In this document: one piece after another, positions 1-17,097 of the stretch
How positions within the stretch are numbered: the first letter of the stretch is position 1
Layout: every line of letters begins with the position of its first letter
Source: the human T2T-CHM13v2.0 reference genome, Homo sapiens
DNA: 64,000 nt
Assembly: GCF_009914755.1 (NCBI RefSeq)
Contig: NC_060929.1
Strand: one strand, 5' to 3'
The notes under the pieces: model-generated
Told to the model about the DNA's origin: nothing
The model's input: the letters and a program-made list of their open reading frames with translations, nothing else
The model's database searches: none
Translations under genes and position numbers: made by a program

Positions 1-669
1 AGACTGTATTTTCGTAGACAATCTAATCTCAGAAGATTTCAATTCAGACAAAAATCATGAGAATTACTGTATTACAAAAGGGCACTAGATAGGGGAAAAA
101 GAGTAAAAATCACAATTAAAACAAAGGTTCAAAATTCTGCAGCAACCATATCCAGTTACACTTTAATATGTTTGTGGCAGACTACATTATTGTTCCCAAC
201 TCATCACCCCTCCCTATATCTAAAACCTTTCCCCAAGACAATGCAGTTCCTCCTGCTAGAGATCAGGTATATTTATCTATACTATCAATGTTAGCCATGG
301 ACAAGGTATGTGCTTTGGCTGACTGAATGTTAGTGGACATGATAGAAGCAATGGCTTAAAATGTACTTCCAGAACTGGAGTTTCCTTGTGATTCTATCAC
401 TGTGACAAAAACACATTCTCAGGTAGTCCACTGATCCAAGGGGGAACAAACACACAGAAAACATACCTAGACTCTATCTGCAGCTCGCAGCCTCACCAAG
501 CCAGGAACAGTCATCTCACAGATATGTTAGCAAAAATAAATGTTTTTCGTACCTTAAGTTTTATATAATTATTGACCTATAGTTAACTGATATACAATAT
601 ACATTAATCTTAAAATATTATCCCATTAAAAATATTTACATTAAAAACTGAGACCACTTTCTTTCCTCC

Positions 670-702
<33 letters not shown>

Positions 703-863
703 AGACAGGGTGTCTCAATGTTGCCCAAGCTGGAGTTCAGTGGCTAGTGGCTATTCACAAGAACGATCATCGCACACTACCTCAAACTCCTGGGATCAAG
801 CAATCCTCCTGCCTCAGCTTTCCAAGTCGCTGGGACAATAAGTGTGTACCACAGCATGTCAGC
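670..863 (-). mobile_element. FAM/old Alu monomer (7SL-derived SINE); copy at ~21068-21261
   Basis: Poly-T followed by 'gagacagggtgtctc..ctggagttcagtggctagtggctattcaca..ctcctgggatcaagcaatcctcctgcctcagc'. The 'gtggctattcaca' motif is typical of FAM. Confidence 0.7.
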
Positions 864-1134
864 TCTCTCTCTCCTTCTTGACCTAAAGCCTAGCATAAAA
901 TTAGCTAAGTAGAATGTTTCCAAAGATGCCTGCATCAGTATCTCCCATCCCACATAATTTCTGTTTGATTTTGCCATTCACCCATAAAATGGTGGGATCT
1001 ACCTCCCCTCCTTGCAAATTTGAGCTGGCCCTCTGATCCTGTCTAAGATCTGAAGCCAGATATTAAGGTACTTCATTAATTTCCATGTTTGTCCTCTATG
1101 CAACCTAGCAATCAAGCCAGAAGTCAAAACATAC

Positions 1135-3247
1135 TGACATAGTTTGGATGGGTCCCCACCCAAATCTCACCTTGCATTGGAATAATTCCCACGTGTCAAG
1201 GGTGGGGCCAGGTGCAGATAACTGAATCATGGGGATGGTTCCCCCCATACTGTTCTCGTGGTAGTGACTAAGTCTCATGAGATCTGATGGTTTTATAAAT
1301 GGGAGCTCCCCTGCACATGCTCTCTCCTGCCTTGCCACTATGTGAGACATGCTTTTGCACCTCCTTGCCTTCCACCATGATTGTGAGGCCTCCCCAGCCA
1401 TGCAGAACTGTGAGTCAATTCAACCTCTTTCCTTTATAAATTACCCAGTCTCAGGTATGTCTTTATTTGCAGTGTGAGAACAGACTAATACAATAAGTTG
1501 ATACCAGTAGAGTGGGCTGCTGCTGTAAAGATACCCGAAAATGTGGAAGCAACTTTGGAAATGGGTAACAGGGAGAGGCTGGAACAGTTTGGAAGGCTCA
1601 GAAGAGGATAGGAAAATGTGGGAAAGTTTGGAACTTCCTAGAGACTTGTTGAATGGCTTTGACCAAAATGTTAATAGTGATATGGACAATAAGGTCCAGG
1701 CGGAGGTGGTCTCAGAGGGAGATGAGGAATTTGTTGGGAAATGGAGTAAAGTCACTCTTACTATGCAAAGACACTGCAGGCACTGTGCACCTGTATTAGA
1801 AACGGGCATAAGATAGGCGGGAAAGAGTCAAAATAAGAATTTTTTTCTAGAGTTCCCTAGAGATCTGTGGAACTTTGAACTTGAGAGAGATGATTTAAGG
1901 TATCTGACAGAAGAAATTTCTAAGCAGCAAAGCATTCGAGAAGAAGCAGAGCATAAAAGTTCAGAAAATTTGTAGCCTGATGATGCAACAGAAAAGAAAA
2001 ATCTATTTTCTCAGGAGACTGGGTTGTAGAAATTTGCATAAGTAATGAGGAGCCAAATGTTAATCACCAAGACAATGGGGCAAATGTCTCCAGGGCATGT
2101 TAGAGACCCTCACAGCAGACCCTCCCATCACAGGCCAGGAGGCTTAGAAGGAAAAATGCTCTTGTGAGTCCAGAACCCCCTGCTGTGTGCAGCCTAGGAA
2201 CCTGGTGCCCTGCATCCCAGCTGCTCCTGCCACAGGTAAAAGGGGCCAAGGTACACCTCAGGCCATGGCTTCAGAGGGTGCAAGTTCCAAGCCTTTCAGG
2301 TTCTAGGTGGTGTTAAGCCTGCAGATGCACCGAAGAATTAACGTTCATGAACCTCCGCCTAGATTTCAGAAGATGTATGAAAATGCCTGGAAATCCAGGC
2401 AAAAGTTTGCTGTGCACGGGAGCGGGGGGCCCTCATGGATAACCTCTGCTAGGGCAGTGTCAAAGGGAAATATGGGGTTGGAGCCCCCACACAGAGTCCC
2501 CACTGGGGTACTGCCAAGCAGAGCTGTCACAAAGGGGCCACCATCCTCCAGACCCCAGAATGGTAGATCCACTGACAGCTTGCACTGTGTGCCTGGAAAA
2601 GCTGCAGACACTCAATGCAGCCAGAAGGGGGGGCCGTACCCTGCAAAGCCACAGGGGCGGGGCTGCCCAAGACCCTGGGAACCCACTTCTTGCATCACCT
2701 AGATGTGACACATGGAGTCAAAGGAGGTCATTTTGGAGCTCTAAGATTTGCCTGCTGGGTTTTGGACTTGCATGGGGCCTGTAGCTCTTTCGCTTTGGCC
2801 AATTTCTCCCATTTGAAACGAGTGTATTTACCCAATGCCTGTATCCCTGTGTATCTAGAAAATAACTAACTTGCTTTTGGTTTTACAGGCTCACAGGTGG
2901 AAGGGACTTGCCTTGTCTCAGATGAGACTTTGGACTATGGAATTTTGAGTTAATGCTGAAATAAGAGTTTGGGGGACTTAGGGGAAGGCACGATTGCTTT
3001 TGAAATATGAGGACATGAGATTTGGGAGGGGCCGGGGAAGAATTATATGGTTTGGCTCTGTCCCCACCCAAATCTCATCTTGAATTGTAACAATTCCCAT
3101 GTGTCAAGGGTGGGGCCAGGTGGAGATAACTGAATCATGGAGGCAGTTTCCCCCATGCTGTTCTCATGGTAGTGAATAAGTCTCATGAGGTCTGATGGTT
3201 TTATAAATGGATGTTCCCCTGCACATGCTCTCTCCTGCCCACCATGT
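1135..3247 (+). mobile_element. THE1 (MaLR) element: 5' LTR 1135-1492, internal 1493-3042, truncated 3' LTR 3043-3247
   Basis: LTR runs 'tgacatagtttgg...cagactaataca'. The internal region gives the typical THE1/MST-int pseudo-ORF (MWESLELPRDLLNGFDQN). The second LTR 'ttatatggtttggctctg' breaks off at 'ccaccatgt'. Confidence 0.9.
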
Positions 3248-3490
3248 CTGACTAAATTTTGTATTTTTACTAGAGACGGGGTTTCACTATGTTGGCCAGG
3301 CTGGCCTCCAACTCCTGATCTCGTGATCCGTCCACCCCGACCTCCCAAAGTGCTAGGATTATAGGCATAAGCCACCACACCCGGCCTCTTTTTTTTCTTT
3401 TTCTTTTTTTTATCTGGAGACTGAGTTTTGCACTCGTTGCCCAGGCTGGAGTGCAATGGTGCGATCTCAGCTCACTGCAGTCTCCACCTC
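3239..3490 (-). mobile_element. Two truncated Alu fragments (left arm 3239-3386; right-arm piece 3388-3490); copy at 23637-23888
   Basis: Alu motifs 'tagagacggggtttcactatgttggccaggctgg' and 'cccaggctggagtgcaatggtgcgatctcagctcactgca'. Both fragments are cut mid-element. Confidence 0.85.
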
Positions 3491-4338
3491 AGCAGGAGAG
3501 CAGGAATCTTCAGTGATCCACGGGCAGATCTGCAGCCATTGTGGGCACCTGTTCCTCCCGCGACCTTTGTGCCCACGTCTCTCCCTCCAGTACCTATTGC
3601 ACGACCCCCCACGTCCGCCTCCTGCCATTGCCAGCAAGTGCCTTGCGCGGGTACCTGGCTGCGCTTATTAATCCATTATGGTCGCTCTGTCACTGGTGCC
3701 ATTATGTGCTCACGTGCCCACTCCCTCAGGTTTAGAAGTCGCGTCGCCCGGCAACAGAACAATCTGCTGGCTTAGCCTTTGGCCAAGTTGGCAGCTGGAC
3801 GAGGACGCTCAGAGCCCAGCTCTCGAGAGTTCAAGTATCCGACAGTTCCCCACTGCTCCCAGGAGCGGTTACCCGGGCACTCTGTGCCCCTCATTCCTGT
3901 TTGGGCCAAGGCCGAGGACCTGCGAGTAGGGCTCAGTTGCCTGGAGCCCCTTCAGCCCATCGCCCAGTTCACTTTGCTTGTGGGATCTCCCCGTTGCTCC
4001 TGCCCCTGGACTGAGTGGCAGGCCATCCTACAAACACCCGGACACTCGACATCAGTGGTGTCAAGACAACTCTAAGAAGGTTTTCCGTGATCCTGCAAGA
4101 CCTGTGTTCCATCCTGGTGATTCTCTCTTCAATTTCACTGCACAGGTACCACAGTAAGCCAGTGCTGTGTGCTCCGAATTCCAGGGCATCCCCCAGCTCA
4201 GCCACTACACTCAGCACAAGGACTCTGTGGGGCCCAGGAGCAGGTAGTCACCCCTTTGGGCTCCTCAACACCCGGCTGTCCCCAGACTTGTGTCCAGGGA
4301 AGATAGTGTTGAGGGCCCTCAAGGAGAGCAGGGCAGGG

Positions 4339-7300
4339 ATGCCTGAGCAGGACAAGGACCCCAGAGTCCAAGAAAATCCTGATGATCACAGAACGGTCCC
4401 CGAGGTCACCGGGGATGCACGGTCTGCATTTTGGCCCCTGCGGGACAATGGAGGCCTCTCTCCCTTTGTGCCCAGGCCCGGGCCTCTGCAGACAGACCTC
4501 CATGCCCAGAGCTCAGAAATCAGATATAACCAGACATCCCAGACATCCTGGACGAGCTCGAGCACCAAACGAAATGCTATCTCCAGCTCCTACAGCTCCA
4601 CGGGAGGCTTGCCGGGGCTAAAGCAGAGGAGGGGACCAGCCTCATCCCGCTGCCAGCTGACCCTCAGTTACTCAAAGACAGTGAGTGAGGACAGGCCTCA
4701 GGCTGTCTCTTCGGGTCACACACGGTGTGAAAAGGCGGCAGATACAGCACCAGGGCAGACACTCGCCCCCAGGGGTGGCTCCCCCAGATCCCAGGCCTCT
4801 AGGCCCCGTAGACGCAAGATTCCCCTGCTGCCAAGCAGGCGAGGGGAGCCTTTGATGATGCCACCTCCCTTAGAGCTGGGGTACCGGGTCACGGCTGAAG
4901 ACCTGCACCTGGAAAAACAGGCGGCATTCCAGCGCATCAACAGTGCACTGCACGTTGAGGACAAGGCCATCTCGGACTGCAGACCCTCACGGCCTTCCCA
5001 CACTTTGTCCTCACTTGCAACAGGGGCTTCGGGTGGGCCTCCCGTTTCTAAAGCACCCACTATGGATGCACAGCAGGACAGACCCAAGTCCCAAGACTGC
5101 CTGGGCCTAGTGGCCCCCCTAGCATCTGCTGCAGAGGTCTCCTCTACAGCTCCCGTGTCTGGGAAGAAGCAGAGACCACCAGGACCCCTGTTCTCCTCCT
5201 CAGATCCCCTTCCTGCCACCTCTTCCCACTCCCGGGACTCAGCCCAGGTCACCTCGATGATTCCTGCCCCCTTCACAGCTGCAAGCAGGGATGCCGGCAT
5301 GAGAAGAACAAGGTCGGCCCCTGCAGCTGCCGCAGCAGCCCCTCCCCCCTCCACATTGAACCCCACGTCGGGGTCACTACTCAATGCAGTGGATGGAGGC
5401 CCCTCACATTTCTTGGCCTCAGCCACAGCTGCAGCACGTGCCCAGAGGTCAGAAGTGAGATACAACCAGAGATCCCAGATCTCCCGGACCAGATCCTGCC
5501 TCAAACGAAATGCCAGCTCCAGCTCCCACAGCTCTACGGAAGGCCTCCCGGAACTAAAGCGGACCTCAGGCTGTCTCTTCGGGTCACACCCGCTGTGAAA
5601 AGAGGGCAGATACAGCACCAGGGCAGACACTCGCCCCCAGGGGTGGCTCCCCCAGATCCCAGGCCTCTAGGCCCCACATCAACAGTGCACTGCACGTTGA
5701 GGACAAGGCCATCTCGGACTGCCGACCCTCGCGGCCTTCCCACACTTTGTCCTCACTTGCAACAGGGGCTTCGCGTGGGCCTCCCGTTTCTAAAGCACCC
5801 ACTATGGATGCACAGCAGGACAGACCCAAGTCCCAAGACTGCCTGGGCCTACTGGCCCCCCTAGCATCTGCTGCAGAGCTCCCCTCTACAGCTCCCGTGT
5901 CTGGGAAGAAACACAGACCACCAGGACCCCTGTTCTCCTCCTCAGATCCCCTTCCTGCCACCTCTTCCCACTCCCGGGACTCAGCCCAGGTCACCTCGAT
6001 GATTCCTGCCCCCTTCACAGCTGCAAGCAGGGATGCCGGCATGAGAAGAACAAGGTCGGCTCCTGCAGCTGCCGCAGCAGCCCCTCCCCCCTCCACATTG
6101 AACCCCACGTCGGGGTCACTACTCAATGCAGTGGATGGAGGCCCCTCACATTTCTTGGCCTCAGCCACAGCTGCAGCACGTGCCCGGAGGTCACAAGTGA
6201 GATATAACCAGAGATCCCAGACCTCCCGAACCAGATACTGCCTCAAACGAAATGCCAGCTCCAGCTCCCACAGCTCTACGGAAGGCCTCCAGGAACTAAA
6301 GCGGAGGAGGGGGCCAGCCTCATCACACTGCCAGCTGGCCCTCAGTTCCTCAAACACAGTGAGTGAGGACGGACCTCAGGCTGTCTCTTCGCGTCACACC
6401 CGCTGTGAAAAGGCAGATACAGCACCAGGGCAGACACTCGCCCCCAGGGGTGGCTCCCCCAGATCCCAGGCCTCTAGGCCCCGCATCAACAGTGCACTGC
6501 ACGTTGAGGACAAGGCCACCTCGGACTGCAGACCCTCACGGCCTTCCCACACTTTGTCCTCACTTGCAACAGGGGCTTCGGGTGGGCCTCCCGTTTCTAA
6601 AGCACCCACTATGGATGCACAGCCGGACAAACTCAAGTCCCAAGACTGCCTGGGCCTAGTGGCCGCCCTAGCATCTGCTACAGAGGTCTCCTCTACAGCT
6701 CCCATGTCTGGGAAGAAGCACAGACCACCAGGACCCCTGTTCTCCTCCTCAGATCCCCTTCCTGCCACCTCTTCCCACTCCCAGGACTCAGCCCAGGTCA
6801 CCTCGATGATTCCTGCCCCCTTCACAGCTGCAAGCAGGGATGCCAGCATGAGAAGAACAAGGCCTGGCACCTCGGCTCCTGCAGCTGCCGCAGCAGCCCC
6901 TCCCCCCTCCACATTGAACCCCACGTCGGGGTCACTACTCAATGCAGTGGATGAAGGCCCCTCACATTTCTTGGCCTCAGCCACAGCTGCAGCACGTGCC
7001 CGGAGGTCACAAGTGAGATATAACCAGAGATCCCAGACCTCCCGGACCAGATCCTGCCTCAAACGAAATGCCAGCTCCAGCTCCCACAGCTCTACGGAAG
7101 GCCTCCAGGAACTAAAGCGGAGGAGGGGGCCAGCCTCATCCCACTGCCAGCTGGCCCTCAGTTCCTCAAACACAGTGAGTGAGGACGGACCTCAGGCTGT
7201 CTCTTCGCGTGACACCCGCTGTGAAAAGGCAGATACAGCACCAGGGCAGACACTCGCCCCCAGGGGTGGCTCCCCCAGATCCCAGGCCTCTAGGCCCCGC

Positions 7301-7768
7301 ATCAACAGTGCACTGCACGTTGAGGACAAGGCCATCTCGGACTGCAGACCCTCACGGCCTTCCCACACTTTGTCCTCACTTGCAACAGGGGCTTCGGGTG
7401 GGCCTCCCGTTTCTAAAGCACCCACTATGGATGCACAGCAGGACAGACCCAAGTCCCAAGACTGCCTGGGCCTAGTGGCCCCCCTAGCATCTGCTGCAGA
7501 GGTCTCCTCTACAGCTCCCGTGTCTGGGAAGAAGCACAGACCACCAGGACCCCTGTTCTCCTCCTCAGATCCCCTTCCGGCCACCTCTTCCCACTCCGGG
7601 GACTCAGCCCAGGACACCTCGCTGATTCCTGCCCCCTTCACACCTGCAAGCAGGGATGCCGGCGTGAGAAGAATGTTTTGTGTTCGAAATTGTTTGAGGG
7701 GTTTGGGTTTATTTTTGTTGGTTTTTTCTCTTTTTTTTTTGCTTACATGGGCATCCTTCAGCTTTTAA
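4339..7768 (+). pseudogene. POM121-like (POM121L1-like) retrocopy, frameshifted by a 68-bp deletion at 5560-5563; splits into 419-aa (4339-5598) and 654-aa (5804-7768) ATG ORFs
   Basis: Same sequence as 24737-28234 apart from the deletion and two substitutions. POM121-type motifs include KRNAISSSYSSTGG and RRRKIPLLPSRRGEPLMMPPPLELGYRVTAEDLHLEK. Confidence 0.85.
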
Positions 7769-8832
7769 TAATCTGAAAAACTCTATTTACCCATTGTCAA
7801 TGTGTATAAATTAATCTGAGTCAATTTTATACAATAAAAGGTGAACTTTTATGCATGAAACAATAATTTAACAAAAAATGTACCTGAAGAAGAATGTTCA
7901 TTACAAATACAGGAAACATAAATATTACCAAATATTGGCAAGCACTAAAATGTTCAGAAATATAAGTCTATTACAGTTATAGCTCTCTCAAGCAAAAAAA
8001 CAGCAGAGAAAAACTTAGTTTACCTTAGGGGCTATTTATTTACTTAGGGATTTGTTAAAAGGTCGAATGGGGTCACACAGAATACTAAGAAGAGCTGTTC
8101 ACCCAGGCCTCACTAAGAACTCTTCTTCATTCAGTAGCTGTATAGTAACATGACAACTGCTCCTACGACCCAAAGAGGAACTACAGCAACTACTCTTTAG
8201 CATCTGTTGCTCCCAACTCTGCTTTGCAATTATATGACTCAAGCATTCTGGCTCCGTTAACTATTACTGCTGTTACTCCCAATTAAATTCCCTCTAAAAA
8301 ATAAAAATTTTTAAAGCTCTAATTTAAGCTCTCTGCTGCCTCATGACTTCAATTCCATCAGAGTTATGCATTGTTTCCTCTGTACATCTTTGCTCTGCTT
8401 CCATTGCTAATTCCCTAGTAAAGTGTTGTATATTCAAAGTTCCAAAGAAACAGAATATCCAAGACATCACCAATCATCCAAAACACAGTGTAGGAGGCCA
8501 CAGTTAAGAGAAGCAAGACCATTAGCTCTTTTTATAGGCTCGAGAACAACAGGATGCTTTGGTCCTGTATCAGCAGGACGCTTTTCGGGTAGATCCTACT
8601 GCCACCCTAGCTATGGGCACATGTCAGAGTCCCATGTAATAAAGGAGACAAAAGGAAACCACCACGAGTATAAACTAAGAAAAGTACTCCAAGGTTTCTA
8701 AGAATGGAGCTGTATAACTCACTTTGCCCCATTTGTTACTTCTCCACGGTACTTACCACCACCTATTACATATATTTTGTTTATAGTCAGTCTTCCCTCA
8801 TTACAATGAAAGTTCCGTGAGGATAGGAATAT

Positions 8833-9136
8833 ACAGTCAGCCCTCAGTATCCATGGAGGACTAGTTTCAGGATCTCCTGAGGATAACAAAGGATACTCAA
8901 GTCCCTGATATAAAATGACATAGTATTTGCACATCACCTTTGCACATCCTCCCATATACTTCATATCAACTCTAGATCACTCATAATATCCGATGTAAAT
9001 GTCATGCAAATAGTTATTGTACTATATTGTGTAAGGAATAAGGACAAGAAAAAAGTCTGTACACGTTCAGTACAGACGCAATTTTTTTTTCCAATATTTC
9101 CAATCTTTGGTTGGCTTAACAGATGTAGAACCCAGG
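8833..9136. mobile_element. MER2-like (Tigger-derived) DNA transposon, followed by an old L1M 3' end to ~9390; copy at ~29299-29602
   Basis: 'tacagtcagccctcagtatccatgg...ctcaagtccctgatataaaatg..tagtatttgcacat...aaaaagtctgtacacgttcagtacagacgca'. Confidence 0.7.
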
Positions 9137-9631
9137 AATAAGTTCTGGTGTCCTATTGCATAGTAGGATGAGTATAGTTAACAATAACATATTATGTATT
9201 TGAAAATAGCCAGAAGAGTAGATTTTGAATTTTCTCCCTACAGAAAAATCATTATGCAAATTACCCTGATTTGATCATTACACATTGAGTACATGTATTA
9301 AAACATCACATTGTACCCCATATATATGTACAATTATTATGTGTCCATAAAAATTTAATGTCAATATGTGAAATAAAATGAAAAAATAAAAATTTTTAAA
9401 GCTGTAATTATCTCCATCTGGTAGGAATATATATAATCTGAAATAAAAAATATATTTGTAATTGTTAGGACAAAATAGATTATACATTAAGTCTGCAAAT
9501 TATAAATTATAAAATTCTCACAGAAACTGAAAAATTATTGATACTGTTAAATATTTAAAAAGCTGTCCTTGGAGAGAAAGAAACCTATCAGATTTACATC
9601 AACAAGTGTAATATATCAGCCTATTACCATC

Positions 9632-10636
<1,005 letters not shown>

Positions 10637-10656
10637 CCATCCTATAAGCTACAGAC

Positions 10657-11158
<502 letters not shown>

Positions 11159-11540
11159 TGTAGACAATATGAAATAAATATAAAGCAGTCTCAACTTTGG
11201 AAAAACAGAAGACTCTTACTGCCTCATAATATAGATGAAAAATGAAATACTAAGTTAAGTAAAATGTTCTTTAAAGAACAAAAACAAAAGAAAACCTAAT
11301 GAAAGCTATAAAAGTCCATTGGATAATAATGCTACCAGTACTAAGGAAGTACAGCCCCTAAAAGTGACTTGCAGTCACAAATATAAAAATGACTATTCAA
11401 GTGAACTCCTAAGGTAAAAATTTCTTATTCACCATGCTCCAAAATGGTCTGTAATATTCTTCAGAGATGGCATGGTGGGGGAGGCAAGTGGCATCTCTGC
11501 CCAGAGAGAATACACAAGCAGAAAGTTCAACACAGCTTAC

Positions 11541-11715
11541 CTGGTGAAACCCTACAAGCGTTTCCACTCCATACTCGCTCTGAATAATGGGATTGTGATG
11601 TCTTACACCAATTCTCAAACTGGGCGGCCAGCTGCAGCTGAATCAACTCCAGGTGCCCATAGTTGTGATACCAAGAGTAGTAGCTGTTCACACGGATCAC
11701 ATCCACATACAGAGC
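11541..11715 (-). pseudogene. GUSBP: GUSB pseudogene exon 10 (175 nt; 2-nt deletion relative to the 177-nt GUSB exon)
   Basis: Translates [38 protein letters not shown], then shifts frame relative to [17 protein letters not shown]. Canonical tag| acceptor and |gtaagc donor. Confidence 0.95.
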
Positions 11716-11774
11716 CTAGGACCAGAGCAGCAGAGCCCGTTCAGCAATCACAAGACCGCATGACTCAGTACTCA

Positions 11775-15650
<3,876 letters not shown>

Positions 15651-16188
15651 ACTGTTGTTGAAGCTGGTTTTCTTCTTCTTTCCTCAGTTCTTTTCTTTTA
15701 CATCTTCCCCCCACCATTGCTCTGCCCATCCGAAGGCTGTGGCTGGCACAGGACAGAACAGAACCTCCTAGCCTCAAGTTCCAAACCCACACTCTCCAAT
15801 AGCCAGGCTCTCAGATGGGAAGCTTCAAAGCCTTGTGACAGCCTGGCTGAACCTCTCCAGCCTGGGCGCTCCCTCCATTTCCTGCCCCGGAAACAGGCAT
15901 CTCCTCTGGCCACCTCCCAAAGCCTGTCTGGAAGCCTCAGGCACCCGCTCCTGGAAGCCTGTACGATTCACAACAAAGGGCCCGTCCACCCAGTCGTGCT
16001 GAGCACACCCCTATTCCCCCGAGCTCTGAATTGTCCTTTGCCCAGGCTAGGACAACATCTCAGAGCCTTCTGCCTGCTGCAGACTCGGCTCAGCCCAAAT
16101 CACTCCATGAAATTGGGGTGTGGCATCTGCCTCAAGGAGCATTTCTACAACCTCTGCTGCCTCTACCGCAAATGAAACTGGCTCTCAC

Positions 16189-16280
16189 CCACTGGCTCTC
16201 GGTGACGGGCACAGTGCGGAGCCCCACAGGGAGTGTGTAGAAGTCAAAGGCCCCAGTGACTTCTGTGCAGTCAGCCGCAC
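16189..16280 (-). pseudogene. GUSBP: GUSB pseudogene truncated exon 6 (92 nt if the new TGG|gtgaga donor is used)
   Basis: VRLTAQKSLGP matches GUSB VQLTAQTSLGP. A small deletion precedes GACTTCTACACACTCCCTGTGGGG. Homology stops at 'GAGAGCCAGT'. Confidence 0.85.
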
Positions 16281-16477
16281 CTATGACAGCCAAAGCGCCA
16301 GGTGTGAGCGCCCCGACAGCCTGAGCCCCATCTGGCCTGCCCTACAGCAGGAAGACCCCTCGTGCATGCACCCCAGAAGTCGCCTCTGGGCCTGCGGAGA
16401 AGCAGCAATCAGAGGCTCTGCCCTTCACTGGCTGACCCTGGGACCTGCCCTTCAAAATCAGGCCTTCTCCTTGACCA

Positions 16478-17050
16478 GACGAGGTGGCTCATGCCTGGAA
16501 TCCCTACACTTTGGGAGGCTAAGGCAGGAGGATCACCGGAGTCCAGGAGTTCAAGACCAGCCTGGGCAACCTAGTAAGACCCCCAACTCTATAAAAAGGA
16601 TTTTTTTTTTTTGAGACAGTCTCACTCTGTCACCCAGGATAGAGTGCAGTGGCATGATCTCAATTCACCGCAGCCCCTGCCTCCTGGGTTCAAGCAATTC
16701 CCCTGCCTCAGCCTCCCGAGTAGCTGGGATTACAGACGTGCATCATCATGCCCTGCAAATTTTCATATTTCAGTAGAGACGGGGTTTCACCATGTTGGCC
16801 AGGCTGGTCTCCAACTCCTGGCCTAAAGTGATCCGCCCGCGTCAGCCTCCCGAAGTGCTGGGATTACAGGCGTGAGCCACCATGCCCGGCCTACAAAAAA
16901 AATTTTTTTAATTAGCCAGGCATGGTGGCATGTGCCTGTAGTCCCAGCTACTCAGGAGGCCAAGGGAGGAGGATTGCAGCTCAAAGCTGCAGTGAGCTGT
17001 GATCAGGCCATTGCGTTCCAGCCTGGGTGACAGAGTGAGACCATCACAAA

Positions 17051-17097
<47 letters not shown>

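Noticed and set aside
1105-3071. Cluster of 60-130-aa ORFs
   Set aside because: All lie within the THE1 LTR/internal sequence and are decayed MaLR pseudo-ORFs.
4716-7641. Long antisense ORFs (257-304 aa) over the POM121-like repeats, also at 25114-28107
   Set aside because: Shadow frames of a GC-rich repeated ORF, with mostly non-ATG starts and no recognisable homology.
11433-11496. Possible 64-nt exon spanning the unit junction (cag|...ATG|gtgaat, minus strand)
   Set aside because: It would leave only a 44-nt intron after exon 10, too short for normal splicing, and the sites are weak.
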